This document shows, one piece after another, positions 17,695-26,333 of a stretch of 64,000 nucleotides of DNA. Each line of letters starts with the position of its first letter. Within the stretch, counting starts at the first letter, position 1. This DNA comes from Candidatus Sumerlaeia bacterium (GTDB lineage Bacteria; Sumerlaeota; Sumerlaeia; SLMS01; JANRJK01), in contig JANRJK010000053.1 in the NCBI GenBank assembly GCA_033764015.1, forward strand, positions 1 through 64,000. The letters run 5' to 3'. Below the pieces are notes generated by a model. It was not told the DNA's origin, did not search any database, and worked only from the letters and a program-made list of their open reading frames with translations. The position numbers were made by a program, and so were the translations under genes.

Positions 17695-18972
17695 ATGCTA
17701 ATCAAGGACGACAATCAGTACCGGGCTCTGTTCGAGAAGCACCTGGTTCCGATGTTGTCGGGATCCGTGTTGTTGCCCGATCTGCGCGACCAGCGGAGAA
17801 CGCCAAGTCAGCCAGTCGCGAGACTCGGGAACAGCCAGTCCCTCGGCATTCAGGCGAGAGAGGACGACAAGAGGAGATTCGTGCTCTGGAGGTCGCAGGC
17901 GTTCGGGAATCCCGAGATCGAACTGGTGCGGGCATTCGTCGAGGAACTTCGGAGCATACTCAACGCTTTGGACAACGGTGCGAACGACCAAACTGCACTA
18001 AATGTACTCCTGGAGAATCTCCCGACACGCACCGTGGTGTCCCGTTTCGGAATCTTGCGAGATGTTGCGGACCAAGTCGTCCGCCGTATGATATTGCTTT
18101 CGCAACGCTCCTACGAAGGCAAGCCGATCACGGTTGCGGTCGCGATTGACCCCTCACGACAAGGGGATGGCGCGCACGTAGCGGACTACTTCCGAGAGAG
18201 TTTCGCGCCTGTCCTGACCAATGGGACTGACACGGCCCTCTTCGTCGGGGCCAACGCTCGGGTTTGCGAGTATGGCGTGATTCCCGCCGGTGGGGGGGTC
18301 TCGGAGGAGGACGTCTTTGCCCCCATTCGGTTCGCGCGAATCGCGAACTGGGCGCGCGACGGGCGCGTGGCAATCGTGCTGAACCGGCTTGGGGAGATCC
18401 TCATTTTTTCTGACGGCTGCCTCCAGTTCGCGAGGCGATCAGCCAGATGGCACTTCTTCACGCACGAGTCGGGCGTCGTCGATCTCCAGCGTCCACAGGC
18501 TGAGGATGTCCGAAGAAAGATGTACCTCACGCTACTCGACGTATCGTTTGCGCGGACGGGGGGAGGGCTCGGGGTCGTCCTCGCGGGGAAGCGCCCGGAG
18601 GACGTTGCAGCAATCGTCGGGGAGCAGAACCTTTTCGATTCCCCGAGTCCTTCCGACAAGACGAGTCTGCTTGCGCGCCTCGTGACGAAGCGGTTTCAGG
18701 AACTCCCCAGAATGGTCAGGGCAGAGCTACTCGGAATCGACGGCGCCACTATCATCAACCACCACGGGGACATCCTGGCAGTCGGCGCCATCGTTGAAGT
18801 CTCGAAGGACGTTGCGGGGGAAGGTGGCGCGAGAGAAAAGGCCGCGAAAGTGCTGAGCAAGCTCGGCCTCGGGGTGAAAGTCTCGCAAGACGGCGGAATC
18901 CAAGCGTTCGTTCACCACGAAGGGCCTTCGAAAGGGAAGGAAGCGTTCAAGGAAATCCTGACAATCTCGTGA
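17695..18972 (+). CDS. DisA_N/diadenylate-cyclase(DAC)-like domain protein
   Basis: C-terminal SFARTGGGLGVV, IDGATII..G.ILAVGAIV, GGAREKAA (canonical GTRHRAA), VKVSQDGGI; N-terminal LSQRSYEG region. Confidence 0.8.
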   Translation: MLIKDDNQYRALFEKHLVPMLSGSVLLPDLRDQRRTPSQPVARLGNSQSLGIQAREDDKRRFVLWRSQAFGNPEIELVRAFVEELRSILNALDNGANDQTALNVLLENLPTRTVVSRFGILRDVADQVVRRMILLSQRSYEGKPITVAVAIDPSRQGDGAHVADYFRESFAPVLTNGTDTALFVGANARVCEYGVIPAGGGVSEEDVFAPIRFARIANWARDGRVAIVLNRLGEILIFSDGCLQFARRSARWHFFTHESGVVDLQRPQAEDVRRKMYLTLLDVSFARTGGGLGVVLAGKRPEDVAAIVGEQNLFDSPSPSDKTSLLARLVTKRFQELPRMVRAELLGIDGATIINHHGDILAVGAIVEVSKDVAGEGGAREKAAKVLSKLGLGVKVSQDGGIQAFVHHEGPSKGKEAFKEILTIS

Positions 18973-21900
18973 CGGAGTCAGCGGTGGCAAAGACACCTCA
19001 GCAAGCCGAAATCCCCGTCGCGCCCGTGAAGAAGCCGGTGCTGTGCAGCCCCTACGAGGAGCCGACGCAACACTACCGCTACGACACCCAGACCGGCGAC
19101 GCGACCGAGGTTCCCGGGCGTCGGCGCGGCGGCTACTACTACCAGACCCAGCGCGCGAACACCGGACAGGGAGACATCTTCGGCGAAGAGGAGTGGGAGG
19201 ACCTGCCGCTGGTGAACGCGCTCCGCGAGGACGTTCGCAAGTGGCGGGAGCGCGGCTACCGCGACCCGGACGCGACCACGGTGACGCGACAGTTGTTCGA
19301 ACACTGGCGGCGGGCCGACCGGCCCCGCCGTCTCTTCTTCTGCCAGATCGAGGCGGTCGAGACCGTCGTGTACTTGACCGAGATTCTCGGCAGCGGCAAG
19401 AAACCCCGCTGGAAGGCGGCGGTTTCGCCGGAGGATTTCGAGACCATCCTGCGGGGGGACGTGCCGTCCTTCCTGCCGCGCGAGAACCCGGGGTTGCTCC
19501 CGAAGCTCCACGACCTCCCCCACGACGGCGGTTCGCCGCTGCGGCGGTACGGGTGCAAGATGGCGACGGGAAGCGGAAAGACCGTCGTGATGGCGATGAC
19601 CATCGCGTGGGCGTTCTGCAACCGGGGGCGCAACCCGGGGGACGAACGCTTCCCGAACGCCGCGCTTGTGGTATGCCCGAACCTCACCGTCAAGGAACGC
19701 CTATCCGTCCTGAACCCGGAGCACCCGGCGAACTACTTTCAAGCTTTCGACATCGTGCCGTCGGGGCTCGTGCCGGAGTTGAAGAAGGGGCGCGTGCTCG
19801 TCACCAACTGGCACTGGTTCGCGCCGGAGTCGCCGCACAGCGAGGGCGGAAAGAGCTACGCCGTCGTGAACAAGGGCGAGGAGAGTCCGGAGGCGTTCGC
19901 GAAGAACCGGCTTGGGGACCTCGCCGACCGCGGCCCGATCATGGTGCTGAACGACGAGGCCCACCACGCCTACCGCCCTGCGCCCGTGGGCGAGAAAGAG
20001 AAGCTCTCCGCCGAAGAGAAGGCCGAGCGCGAGGAAGCGACCGTCTGGGTGTCGGGCCTCGACAAGCTGAACGCCGCGTGCGGGGTGAAGTTCTGCGTGG
20101 ACCTGTCGGCGACGCCCTTCTACCTGCACGGCAGCGGCTACGCGGAGGGGTCGCCGTTCCCGTGGCTGGTGTCGGACTTCGGACTGGTCGAGGCGATCGA
20201 GTCGGGAATCACCAAGATTCCCCGCCTCCCCGTCGCCGACACCACAGGCCGCCCCGACCCCCGCTACTTCCGGTTGTGGAAGAAGATCACGGACGACCTG
20301 GAGCCGGGCGAAAAGCTCCCCGGCGGGAAGCCGAAGCCCGCCGTTGTCTGGCGCGAAGCGGAAGACGCGCTCGCGACGCTGATGTCCCAGTGGAAGGAGC
20401 GGTTCGAGTACCTCCAGAGCGCCGCGCCCGGGCAGGAGCGCGTCCCGCCCGTCCTGATCATCGTGTGCGACAACGTGGACATCGCAGAAGAGTTCTACCG
20501 GAACATCTCCGGCGAAGAGAAGCAGGAGGTCATCGCCGAAGAAGACCTCGAAGACGAGGACGCCGATGAGCCCACGAGGAAGAAGGGGAAGAAACCGAAG
20601 ACCAAGACGGTCTTCGGCAGGGGGAAAATCTTCCCGGACCTCTTCTCGAACAGGGAGGGATTCCGACCCACGCTGCGGATCGACACGAAGCTCCTCGGCG
20701 AAGCGGAGACGGCGAAGGGCGGCGGAACGAAAGCAGAAGCGGCGGAGGAGCTTCGCCGGATCGTGTCCACCGTCGGGCGCGTCGGCGAACCCGGCGAGCA
20801 GGTTCGGTGCGTTGTGTCCGTCCAGATGCTTACGGAGGGCTGGGACGCGAACAACGTGACGCACATTCTCGGCCTTCGCGCCTTCGGAAGCCAGCTTCTA
20901 TGCGAGCAGGTAGTCGGTCGCGGGCTGCGGCGAATGGACTACACCCCGGATCCAGAGACAGGACTCCTGACCGAGGAGTACGTGGACATCTACGGGATTC
21001 CGTTCTCGATCATCCCGTTCAAGGGTCGGGCGACGGACAAGCCCGCGCCGGAGGACAAACCGAAGCAGCATGTCAAGGCGCTCCCGGACCGTGCGGCGTT
21101 CGAGATTCGCTTCCCGGTGGTCGAAGGATTTGTCTTTGCGCTGGAGAAGAACCTAGTCCGCGCGGACGTCGCCAAAATGGAGGCACTCGCGCTGGAGCCC
21201 GACGAGAAGCCGACGGCAACCTTCGTCAAGCCGCAGGTTGGCTACCAGCTCGGTGGCCCGGGGCTGGAAGGCGGCTTCGCCTTCTCTGAACACGACCGCG
21301 AGGAGTACTACCGGGAGACGCACCTGCAGACGATCAAATTCGAGATCGCCCGCCAGGTTGTTTGGAACCTGACGCAAGGACAGCCGGGAGGTACGCCGAA
21401 GCTGCGGCTTCGGGGACGCCACCAACTCTTCCCGCAGGTCTTGGAGTTCGTGGACGAGTACGTGCGGACACGCGTTCGCTGGAACGGCTGCCGGAGGCAG
21501 GAACTCGGCCTCGAAGTGTACGTGCAGCGGATCGTGGAGAGGCTGACCGCAGCCATCGAGCCCGACGACACCAAAGGAGAGCCGCCGCTCCTCCCGATCC
21601 TGAACCGGTACAAAGGCGTCGGGAGCACCGCAGAGGTGGACTTCAAGACAGTGAAGCCCTGCTTCGGGACTGTCCACAGCCACGTCAACCAAGTGGTCGC
21701 CGACACCGCGACGTGGGAACAGTCGGCGGCTTTCCGACTGGAGCAGGCGGCGAGCCGTGGGACCATCGAGTGCTACGTGAAGAACCGCCACCGGAAGAAC
21801 GAAGGCCAGTCCCTCGGGCTCGTCGTTCCCTACGAGTGGCAGGGGCTCTCCCACAGCTACGAACCCGATTTCGTCGTGCGCGTCTCGCCCGGCCTCTTCC

Positions 21901-22079
21901 TCCTTCTGGAAATCAAGGGGCAGGAAGACGACCAGGACAGGGCAAAGCACCAAGCCGCGCAACGCTGGGTCTCTGCGGTGAACAACTGGGGACAGATGGG
22001 ACGGTGGGACTTCCTCGTCTGCCACGACCCGAAGGCGTTGACGAAGATGCTTGAGCGGTTCGCAGCCCCGGAGGGGTGA
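18969..22079 (+). CDS. res: Type III restriction enzyme Res subunit (SF2 helicase plus PD-(D/E)xK nuclease)
   Basis: FFCQIEAVET, KMATGSGKT, NDEAHH, SAT, MLTEGWD, EQVVGRGLRR, YEPDF..LEIKG; GTGA overlap with upstream stop. Confidence 0.95.
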   Translation: MTESAVAKTPQQAEIPVAPVKKPVLCSPYEEPTQHYRYDTQTGDATEVPGRRRGGYYYQTQRANTGQGDIFGEEEWEDLPLVNALREDVRKWRERGYRDPDATTVTRQLFEHWRRADRPRRLFFCQIEAVETVVYLTEILGSGKKPRWKAAVSPEDFETILRGDVPSFLPRENPGLLPKLHDLPHDGGSPLRRYGCKMATGSGKTVVMAMTIAWAFCNRGRNPGDERFPNAALVVCPNLTVKERLSVLNPEHPANYFQAFDIVPSGLVPELKKGRVLVTNWHWFAPESPHSEGGKSYAVVNKGEESPEAFAKNRLGDLADRGPIMVLNDEAHHAYRPAPVGEKEKLSAEEKAEREEATVWVSGLDKLNAACGVKFCVDLSATPFYLHGSGYAEGSPFPWLVSDFGLVEAIESGITKIPRLPVADTTGRPDPRYFRLWKKITDDLEPGEKLPGGKPKPAVVWREAEDALATLMSQWKERFEYLQSAAPGQERVPPVLIIVCDNVDIAEEFYRNISGEEKQEVIAEEDLEDEDADEPTRKKGKKPKTKTVFGRGKIFPDLFSNREGFRPTLRIDTKLLGEAETAKGGGTKAEAAEELRRIVSTVGRVGEPGEQVRCVVSVQMLTEGWDANNVTHILGLRAFGSQLLCEQVVGRGLRRMDYTPDPETGLLTEEYVDIYGIPFSIIPFKGRATDKPAPEDKPKQHVKALPDRAAFEIRFPVVEGFVFALEKNLVRADVAKMEALALEPDEKPTATFVKPQVGYQLGGPGLEGGFAFSEHDREEYYRETHLQTIKFEIARQVVWNLTQGQPGGTPKLRLRGRHQLFPQVLEFVDEYVRTRVRWNGCRRQELGLEVYVQRIVERLTAAIEPDDTKGEPPLLPILNRYKGVGSTAEVDFKTVKPCFGTVHSHVNQVVADTATWEQSAAFRLEQAASRGTIECYVKNRHRKNEGQSLGLVVPYEWQGLSHSYEPDFVVRVSPGLFLLLEIKGQEDDQDRAKHQAAQRWVSAVNNWGQMGRWDFLVCHDPKALTKMLERFAAPEG

Positions 22080-22174
22080 CCGTCCAGCGCGAGCGGGAGC
22101 GGGGTCGCGCCTCCCCACCTCCACGGCTTCCACGGACGCAGAGGAGACCGCGAGACCCCCTCTGACCGATGCCG

Positions 22175-22235
22175 GACCTCCCTTTCCTCCACCCGGGGTC
22201 GTGGGACTCGACACGGGGGGGGGTAGGTGGGGTTT
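22175..22235. repeat. Island palindromic repeat, copy F
   Basis: GACCTCCCTTTCCTCCACC-21nt-GGGGGGGGGTAGGTGGGGTTT. Confidence 0.7.
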
Positions 22236-22583
22236 CTGGAAGGGGGGGCGAATTCTCGCCCCCCCGACGTAGCTCGCCGCCGTCGTCCCTCTCCAGTTTC
22301 CAACTGGACTTTTTCCGAGGTCCTCCGCCGTCTCTCTCCGTCGGAGGGAGCTTCGACTTCGCCCCCTTCCCTTCCTTCCCGGAAGTCCCCCCTTCCAGAG
22401 CAATGGGACGGGAAGAGAGTGGAAGAGGTGGAGGATGGAAAGGGAGCGACGAATGGGACAGGGCCGGAAGGAAGACCGGGCTAGGATCGCTGGGAAAGGT
22501 CGTCGAAGGCCGGTCCGGCAGGGGGACTTTCGCCGCTCTGCCCCGCACCTTCGGATCGCAACGGCCAGACACGGAGCGAGTGG

Positions 22584-22599
22584 AACCTCCACTACCTCC
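22584..22599. repeat. Island repeat, left arm only (copy G)
   Basis: AACCTCCACTACCTCC. Confidence 0.6.
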
Positions 22600-22840
22600 C
22601 TCCACGAAGGTCGAATCACCGCCACTCGTGCCAACTTCCCTTGCGACGAATCCGCGCGCTGCCCGCACCCGCCGGGTCGAGCCGCGCCGCGCTCCGCTGC
22701 TGCCCGGCTGTCGCCGCGTCGCCTGATGCCCAACGTGCGCATGGCATCGTGGTACACTGCGGCACCGCCCCCGGACGGGACCGAAAAGAACTTGCTGGAC
22801 CCCTCGAAAGAACGCCCCAAGCGAGCTTCCACAAGGAGGC

Positions 22841-23668
22841 TTGCGGGATTCTTTCCGGGGAGTCCCGACGCTGGCACGGCAACCAGGACAGCGAGCAACC
22901 AAGTACGGCGCGAAGGGCTTCCGGCTCCTCCGCGCGTGGACGACGCTGCTGCTCCTTGCCGAGCCCGGGGAACCTCCGACGGCGACGGAGATCGTCGAGA
23001 GGCTGCGCGCGCGCTACCCGTTCCTAGGTCTCGAACTTTCCGTGCAGACGACGCGCTCCGACCTGCGGCTGCTCGGGGAGTGCGGGTTCCCGGTCGTCCC
23101 CCTCGACGGCAGCGGGAACGAGATCGACCTGTCGGAGTTTGACAGCCTGACAGGGAAGCTGAAGGGGACTCGGTGGAGCTTGCGCAGCCCCTCGCGCCTC
23201 GGCGAGCTGCATTGCGAAGGACTGCCCCGCCCGAGTGTGGCCGACGTGCTCGCGCTGAACCTCCTGCGGGCCGCCCTCGGGCAGTGCGCCCCGGCGGGGT
23301 TCTGGCTCGCGCCCTCAGTGCGGAGGCTCCTCGACGAGGTCTCCAGACTGCAAGCAGCCCCGGCGGCTGCCTCCGGCAGCGTCCGCGTGCAACTCCGCTT
23401 TCGCGCCTTGGATGCAGCCTTGGTCGGGTCCGTTCTCCCCAGGCACCGACAGGTCCAAGGCAGCGCGGGAGACGGGTGGACTCACGTGGAGTTCGACGCG
23501 TCTGCGAAGGAGGCCCAGCGCTTAGTGCTTTCGCTCGCGGACTTGGTCGTCGTGGAAGCGCCCGCCAGTGTTCGGCAGGCGGTGGCCCAACGGCACAGGA
23601 AAGCGTGGCAACAGTATTTGGACACGGACTCGTGCCCAGACAATCCCAACAGGAGCAAGACAGCATGA
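22841..23668 (+). CDS. wHTH + WCX-like transcriptional regulator lacking a recognisable WYL domain (start uncertain)
   Basis: TATEIVERL..SVQTTRSDLRLL..GFP HTH; C-terminal VRVQLRF..VEF..LVLSLADLVVVEAPASVRQAV....A...Y. Confidence 0.7.
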   Translation: MRDSFRGVPTLARQPGQRATKYGAKGFRLLRAWTTLLLLAEPGEPPTATEIVERLRARYPFLGLELSVQTTRSDLRLLGECGFPVVPLDGSGNEIDLSEFDSLTGKLKGTRWSLRSPSRLGELHCEGLPRPSVADVLALNLLRAALGQCAPAGFWLAPSVRRLLDEVSRLQAAPAAASGSVRVQLRFRALDAALVGSVLPRHRQVQGSAGDGWTHVEFDASAKEAQRLVLSLADLVVVEAPASVRQAVAQRHRKAWQQYLDTDSCPDNPNRSKTA

Positions 23669-23988
23669 ACGACTTCGACGACTCCGGATTTTGGTCGAAG
23701 GTCAAGAAGTTCGGCAAGATGATGGGCCACGAGGTACTGGAGAAGGCATTCATCCTCTACTTCGTCTATGTCGATCCCGACACGCCAGTCTGGGCAAAGA
23801 TCAAGATCGCCGCCGCTCTCGCCTACCTCGTTTCCCCCGTCGATGCCATCCCCGACTTCGTCCCAGTCGTGGGATTCTCGGACGATCTCGCGGTGCTGGC
23901 GGCAGCCGTGGGGGCGGTCGCGCTACACACGAAGGAGATTCACAAGGCGATGGCCCGGGAGCGAGCCGAGTCGATCCTTGGCTCCTGA
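23665..23988 (+). CDS. YkvA/DUF1232 family small membrane protein
   Basis: DPDTPVWAK..AALAYLVSPVDAIPDFVPVVGFSDD; ATGA overlap, AGGAG RBS. Confidence 0.92.
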   Translation: MNDFDDSGFWSKVKKFGKMMGHEVLEKAFILYFVYVDPDTPVWAKIKIAAALAYLVSPVDAIPDFVPVVGFSDDLAVLAAAVGAVALHTKEIHKAMARERAESILGS

Positions 23989-24097
23989 CGGACTCCGAGG
24001 CTGCAAGTAGTGGGAGGATAGGGAGCAGGATGGGACTGCGAGCCGACCCGAACCCTCGAACACATATCATCCCGTCGAGGCGCGACTTCCGCGCTTC

Positions 24098-24153
24098 CCT
24101 CGGAACAACTCCCCGCCGGGTACGCGTCCCGGCGGGGAGTTTCGTTTCCGAGG
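24098..24153 (+). terminator. Long stem-loop (terminator or regulatory)
   Basis: AACTCCCCGCCGGG / CCCGGCGGGGAGTT 14-bp perfect stem plus outer CCTCGGAA / TTCCGAGG. Confidence 0.6.
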
Positions 24154-24176
24154 AGACCACGACAGGAGGAAGAACC

Positions 24177-24581
24177 ATGCTCCACTTCCGCACGAGGCGG
24201 GAGGCGGAGGAAGCTGCGATTCCACGCGCAATTCGCGAGGTCATCCTTGCGAGCATCGACACGTTCGAGACCGCGTTGGCGAAGCTGGAATCCCAGTGGA
24301 ACCCAGACGACGACGGCTGGTTCTCGCTGCTGGAACCTGCCGAGGCCGATCTGCCCCTGAAGGCGATGGGGTGGGAGCGACGCCTCGGGGACCTGGTCGT
24401 CGAGGCGGTACACTTCCATCCACGCGCGAGGCTGTGGGAGTGCATCCACATCCCCGGCAACAACTGGTGCTGGACGTGTTTCCTCCCCGATTCCCCTGCG
24501 CTTCCGCGCGAGGTGCGTGCTTGGCTGCTCGCGCACGCAACCGAGGCCGATGCGGCGCTCGCCCGGAGGGCGCGGCCATGA
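24177..24581 (+). CDS. Hypothetical protein
   Basis: AGGAGG RBS, ATG 24177, protein-like composition, ATGA-coupled to next gene. Confidence 0.75.
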   Translation: MLHFRTRREAEEAAIPRAIREVILASIDTFETALAKLESQWNPDDDGWFSLLEPAEADLPLKAMGWERRLGDLVVEAVHFHPRARLWECIHIPGNNWCWTCFLPDSPALPREVRAWLLAHATEADAALARRARP

Positions 24582-24895
24582 GCGGCATCCGCGAAGGCAG
24601 TCTCTTCGACAAGTTGCGCATCCTGCCGAAGCGCGGCCTCGGTCGCGTCGTCGAGTGCGTCGTCCTGCTCTGGTTCGTCCTCGCGGACCCCGGCGTGCCC
24701 CGGTGGGCGAAGGCGCTCGCGGCGACCGCGCTCGCCTACTTCCTCTGCCCGGTGGACGCGCTGCCGGACTTCTTGCCCTCCGGGTTTGTGGACGACGCGG
24801 CGCTCCTCGTCTCCACAGCCGCCAAGCTGACCGGTCTCGCCTCGCCGGAGCTACTCCAGCGCGCTCGGGAGAAGCGGCGCGAACTCGGGTTGTAG
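24578..24895 (+). CDS. Second YkvA/DUF1232 family protein
   Basis: DPGVPRWAKAL..ALAYFLCPVDALPDFLPSGFVDD. Confidence 0.9.
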   Translation: MSGIREGSLFDKLRILPKRGLGRVVECVVLLWFVLADPGVPRWAKALAATALAYFLCPVDALPDFLPSGFVDDAALLVSTAAKLTGLASPELLQRAREKRRELGL

Positions 24896-25001
24896 GCACT
24901 GCTCCCAACCCCGCCGCCGCTGCGATCCGCGACTCCAACTGCCGCCTCCGCCGACGCGCGGAAGCGGCCACCATCGACACGTGCCAAGGAGCACACAAAC
25001 C

Positions 25002-25613
25002 ATGACCAAGATCGGAAAGCAGACTGTCGAGCAGGCCGCGCCGGAGCACCTCGCCGTGCGCGCGGCGACCATCGAGAAGGGAAACGGCGGAGCCCTCGGC
25101 TACGAGGTCGGCAAGCACGTTGCCACCGGCGAGCCCGCGCTTCGCGTCGTGAGCAACTCGTCGTCGGGGACCTTCAGCAAGGAGTGGGTTGCGTTCCTCG
25201 CGATCCGCAAGGCTCTCGCGGGGGCGCCGGAGCGGTTCCCCGCCTCGACGCTCGCGCCCGCCATCGCGGCGAAGGGGAAGAACAACACTTTCTTCATCGC
25301 GGCGGCGCTGGTCGGCGAAGGGCTGCTCGCGCGCCACCAGGAAGGCGGGCTCGTGCTCGCGGGCGACTGGGGCGCGTGGGGCGACGCCGTCCGCGCGCTG
25401 CCGCTGCCGGAGATTCCGCCCCCTTCGCCCCCGCCGTCGGAGTCCCCGGCATCTGCGTCGAACGATGATGCGGAGGCGACCTCCACTCCCTCCACCGCCG
25501 CGCTCGGGAAGAAGTCGAAGAAGGCGAAGGCAGGGTCCTCCACAAGCTCCCCGCCGCCGCCGGAGCCCGTGCAACCGGAGGCGGAACCCGTGCCGCAGGA
25601 GGCGGCATCCTGA
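25002..25613 (+). CDS. Hypothetical island protein with low-complexity C-terminal tail
   Basis: AAGGAG RBS; LGYEVG..LRVVSNSSSGTFSKEWV..KNN.FF.AAAL..EGLL. Confidence 0.75.
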   Translation: MTKIGKQTVEQAAPEHLAVRAATIEKGNGGALGYEVGKHVATGEPALRVVSNSSSGTFSKEWVAFLAIRKALAGAPERFPASTLAPAIAAKGKNNTFFIAAALVGEGLLARHQEGGLVLAGDWGAWGDAVRALPLPEIPPPSPPPSESPASASNDDAEATSTPSTAALGKKSKKAKAGSSTSSPPPPEPVQPEAEPVPQEAAS

Positions 25614-25742
25614 GCCTTCCCCGCGCGGGCGGCGGAAGGCCCTGCAAGTCGAGGTGCGCCGCCCTCTTGATGCGGCGCGCCTGACTTCGCAGGCGATTCG
25701 GAGAGGCACCCCGTCCCGCCCCGGACGGGGACCGGAACGACG

Positions 25743-25771
25743 AAAAACGCCGCCCTCTGGCGGGGGCGGCG
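25743..25771 (-). terminator. Rho-independent terminator downstream of tRNA-Asn (supplied by the island)
   Basis: Minus strand CGCCGCCC..GGGCGGCG followed by TTTTT. Confidence 0.7.
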
Positions 25772-25808
25772 GGGCGTCGCAGGACGCTGAAATCTGTGGG
25801 TTTGAGAG

Positions 25809-25884
25809 TGGCTCCCCCACCTGGACTCGAACCAGGAACCTACGGATTAACAGTCCGTCGCTCTGCCAATTGAGCTATGAGGGA
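25809..25884 (-). tRNA. tRNA-Asn(GTT)
   Basis: TCCCTCATAGCTCAATTGGCAGAGCGACGGACTGTTAATCCGTAGGTTCCTGGTTCGAGTCCAGGTGGGGGAGCCA; 76 nt cloverleaf with encoded CCA. Confidence 0.98.
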
Positions 25885-26062
25885 GCAGGAAGCGGTCGGC
25901 GAAGCTGGCCGCAAGTCCGCGATGGAAGTGGACGCGATGGGCGGGGTCAAGCGGGAAATCGGGGGGCGTGCGGCCGCGGCTGGCGAGGCGTTCCGGGGTT
26001 TGCGAGGGGCTTGGCGCCGCGGGGAGCGGGTCGCGCCGGGGGTGGCGGGCGAGCCCGACACG

Positions 26063-26333
26063 CCCCCCGCTTCCCACTTGGCCCCGCGCGCTCACTGCGC
26101 GGTAGCATCATTCTTGCGGGCCGCTTGGGCCCGGAGCCGATTTCCCGACCCGCCACGAGGATACGCACATCGCCGCCGCGCAGGACGATTTCGCGGTCCG
26201 CCGCACGCTCGCGCTGAGCACCGGCGCCGACGTCGACCGCTACCCGATGCGCGACGAGCTGAAGCGCCTCGGCGGATCGCCCCCCGCGATCGAGCACGGG
26301 CACGGCCAGCCAGCGCGGGACCCGGCACGGTGA
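26063..26333 (+). pseudogene. Degenerate duplicate of acnA upstream region and 5' codons
   Basis: Aligns to 27550-27733 and then 27966-28012; ATG changed to ATC at 26169; internal deletion of about 234 bp. Confidence 0.85.

Larger units (their letters stand above)
6056..25853. mobile_element. Integrative genomic (defence) island in tRNA-Asn
   Basis: 47-bp att direct repeats, adjacent tyrosine integrase, helicase-like gene, R-M and HEPN cargo; no conjugation or virion genes recognised. Confidence 0.93.

Noticed and set aside
11063..22235. CRISPR array or classical integron interpretation of the repeats
   Set aside because: Copies are kilobases apart with no spacers or cas genes; the attC RYYYAAC..GTTRRRY ends are not evident and the integrase is arm-binding type rather than IntI-like.
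21153..23753. 866-aa minus-strand ORF
   Set aside because: Overlaps res and the regulator, low complexity, no motifs.
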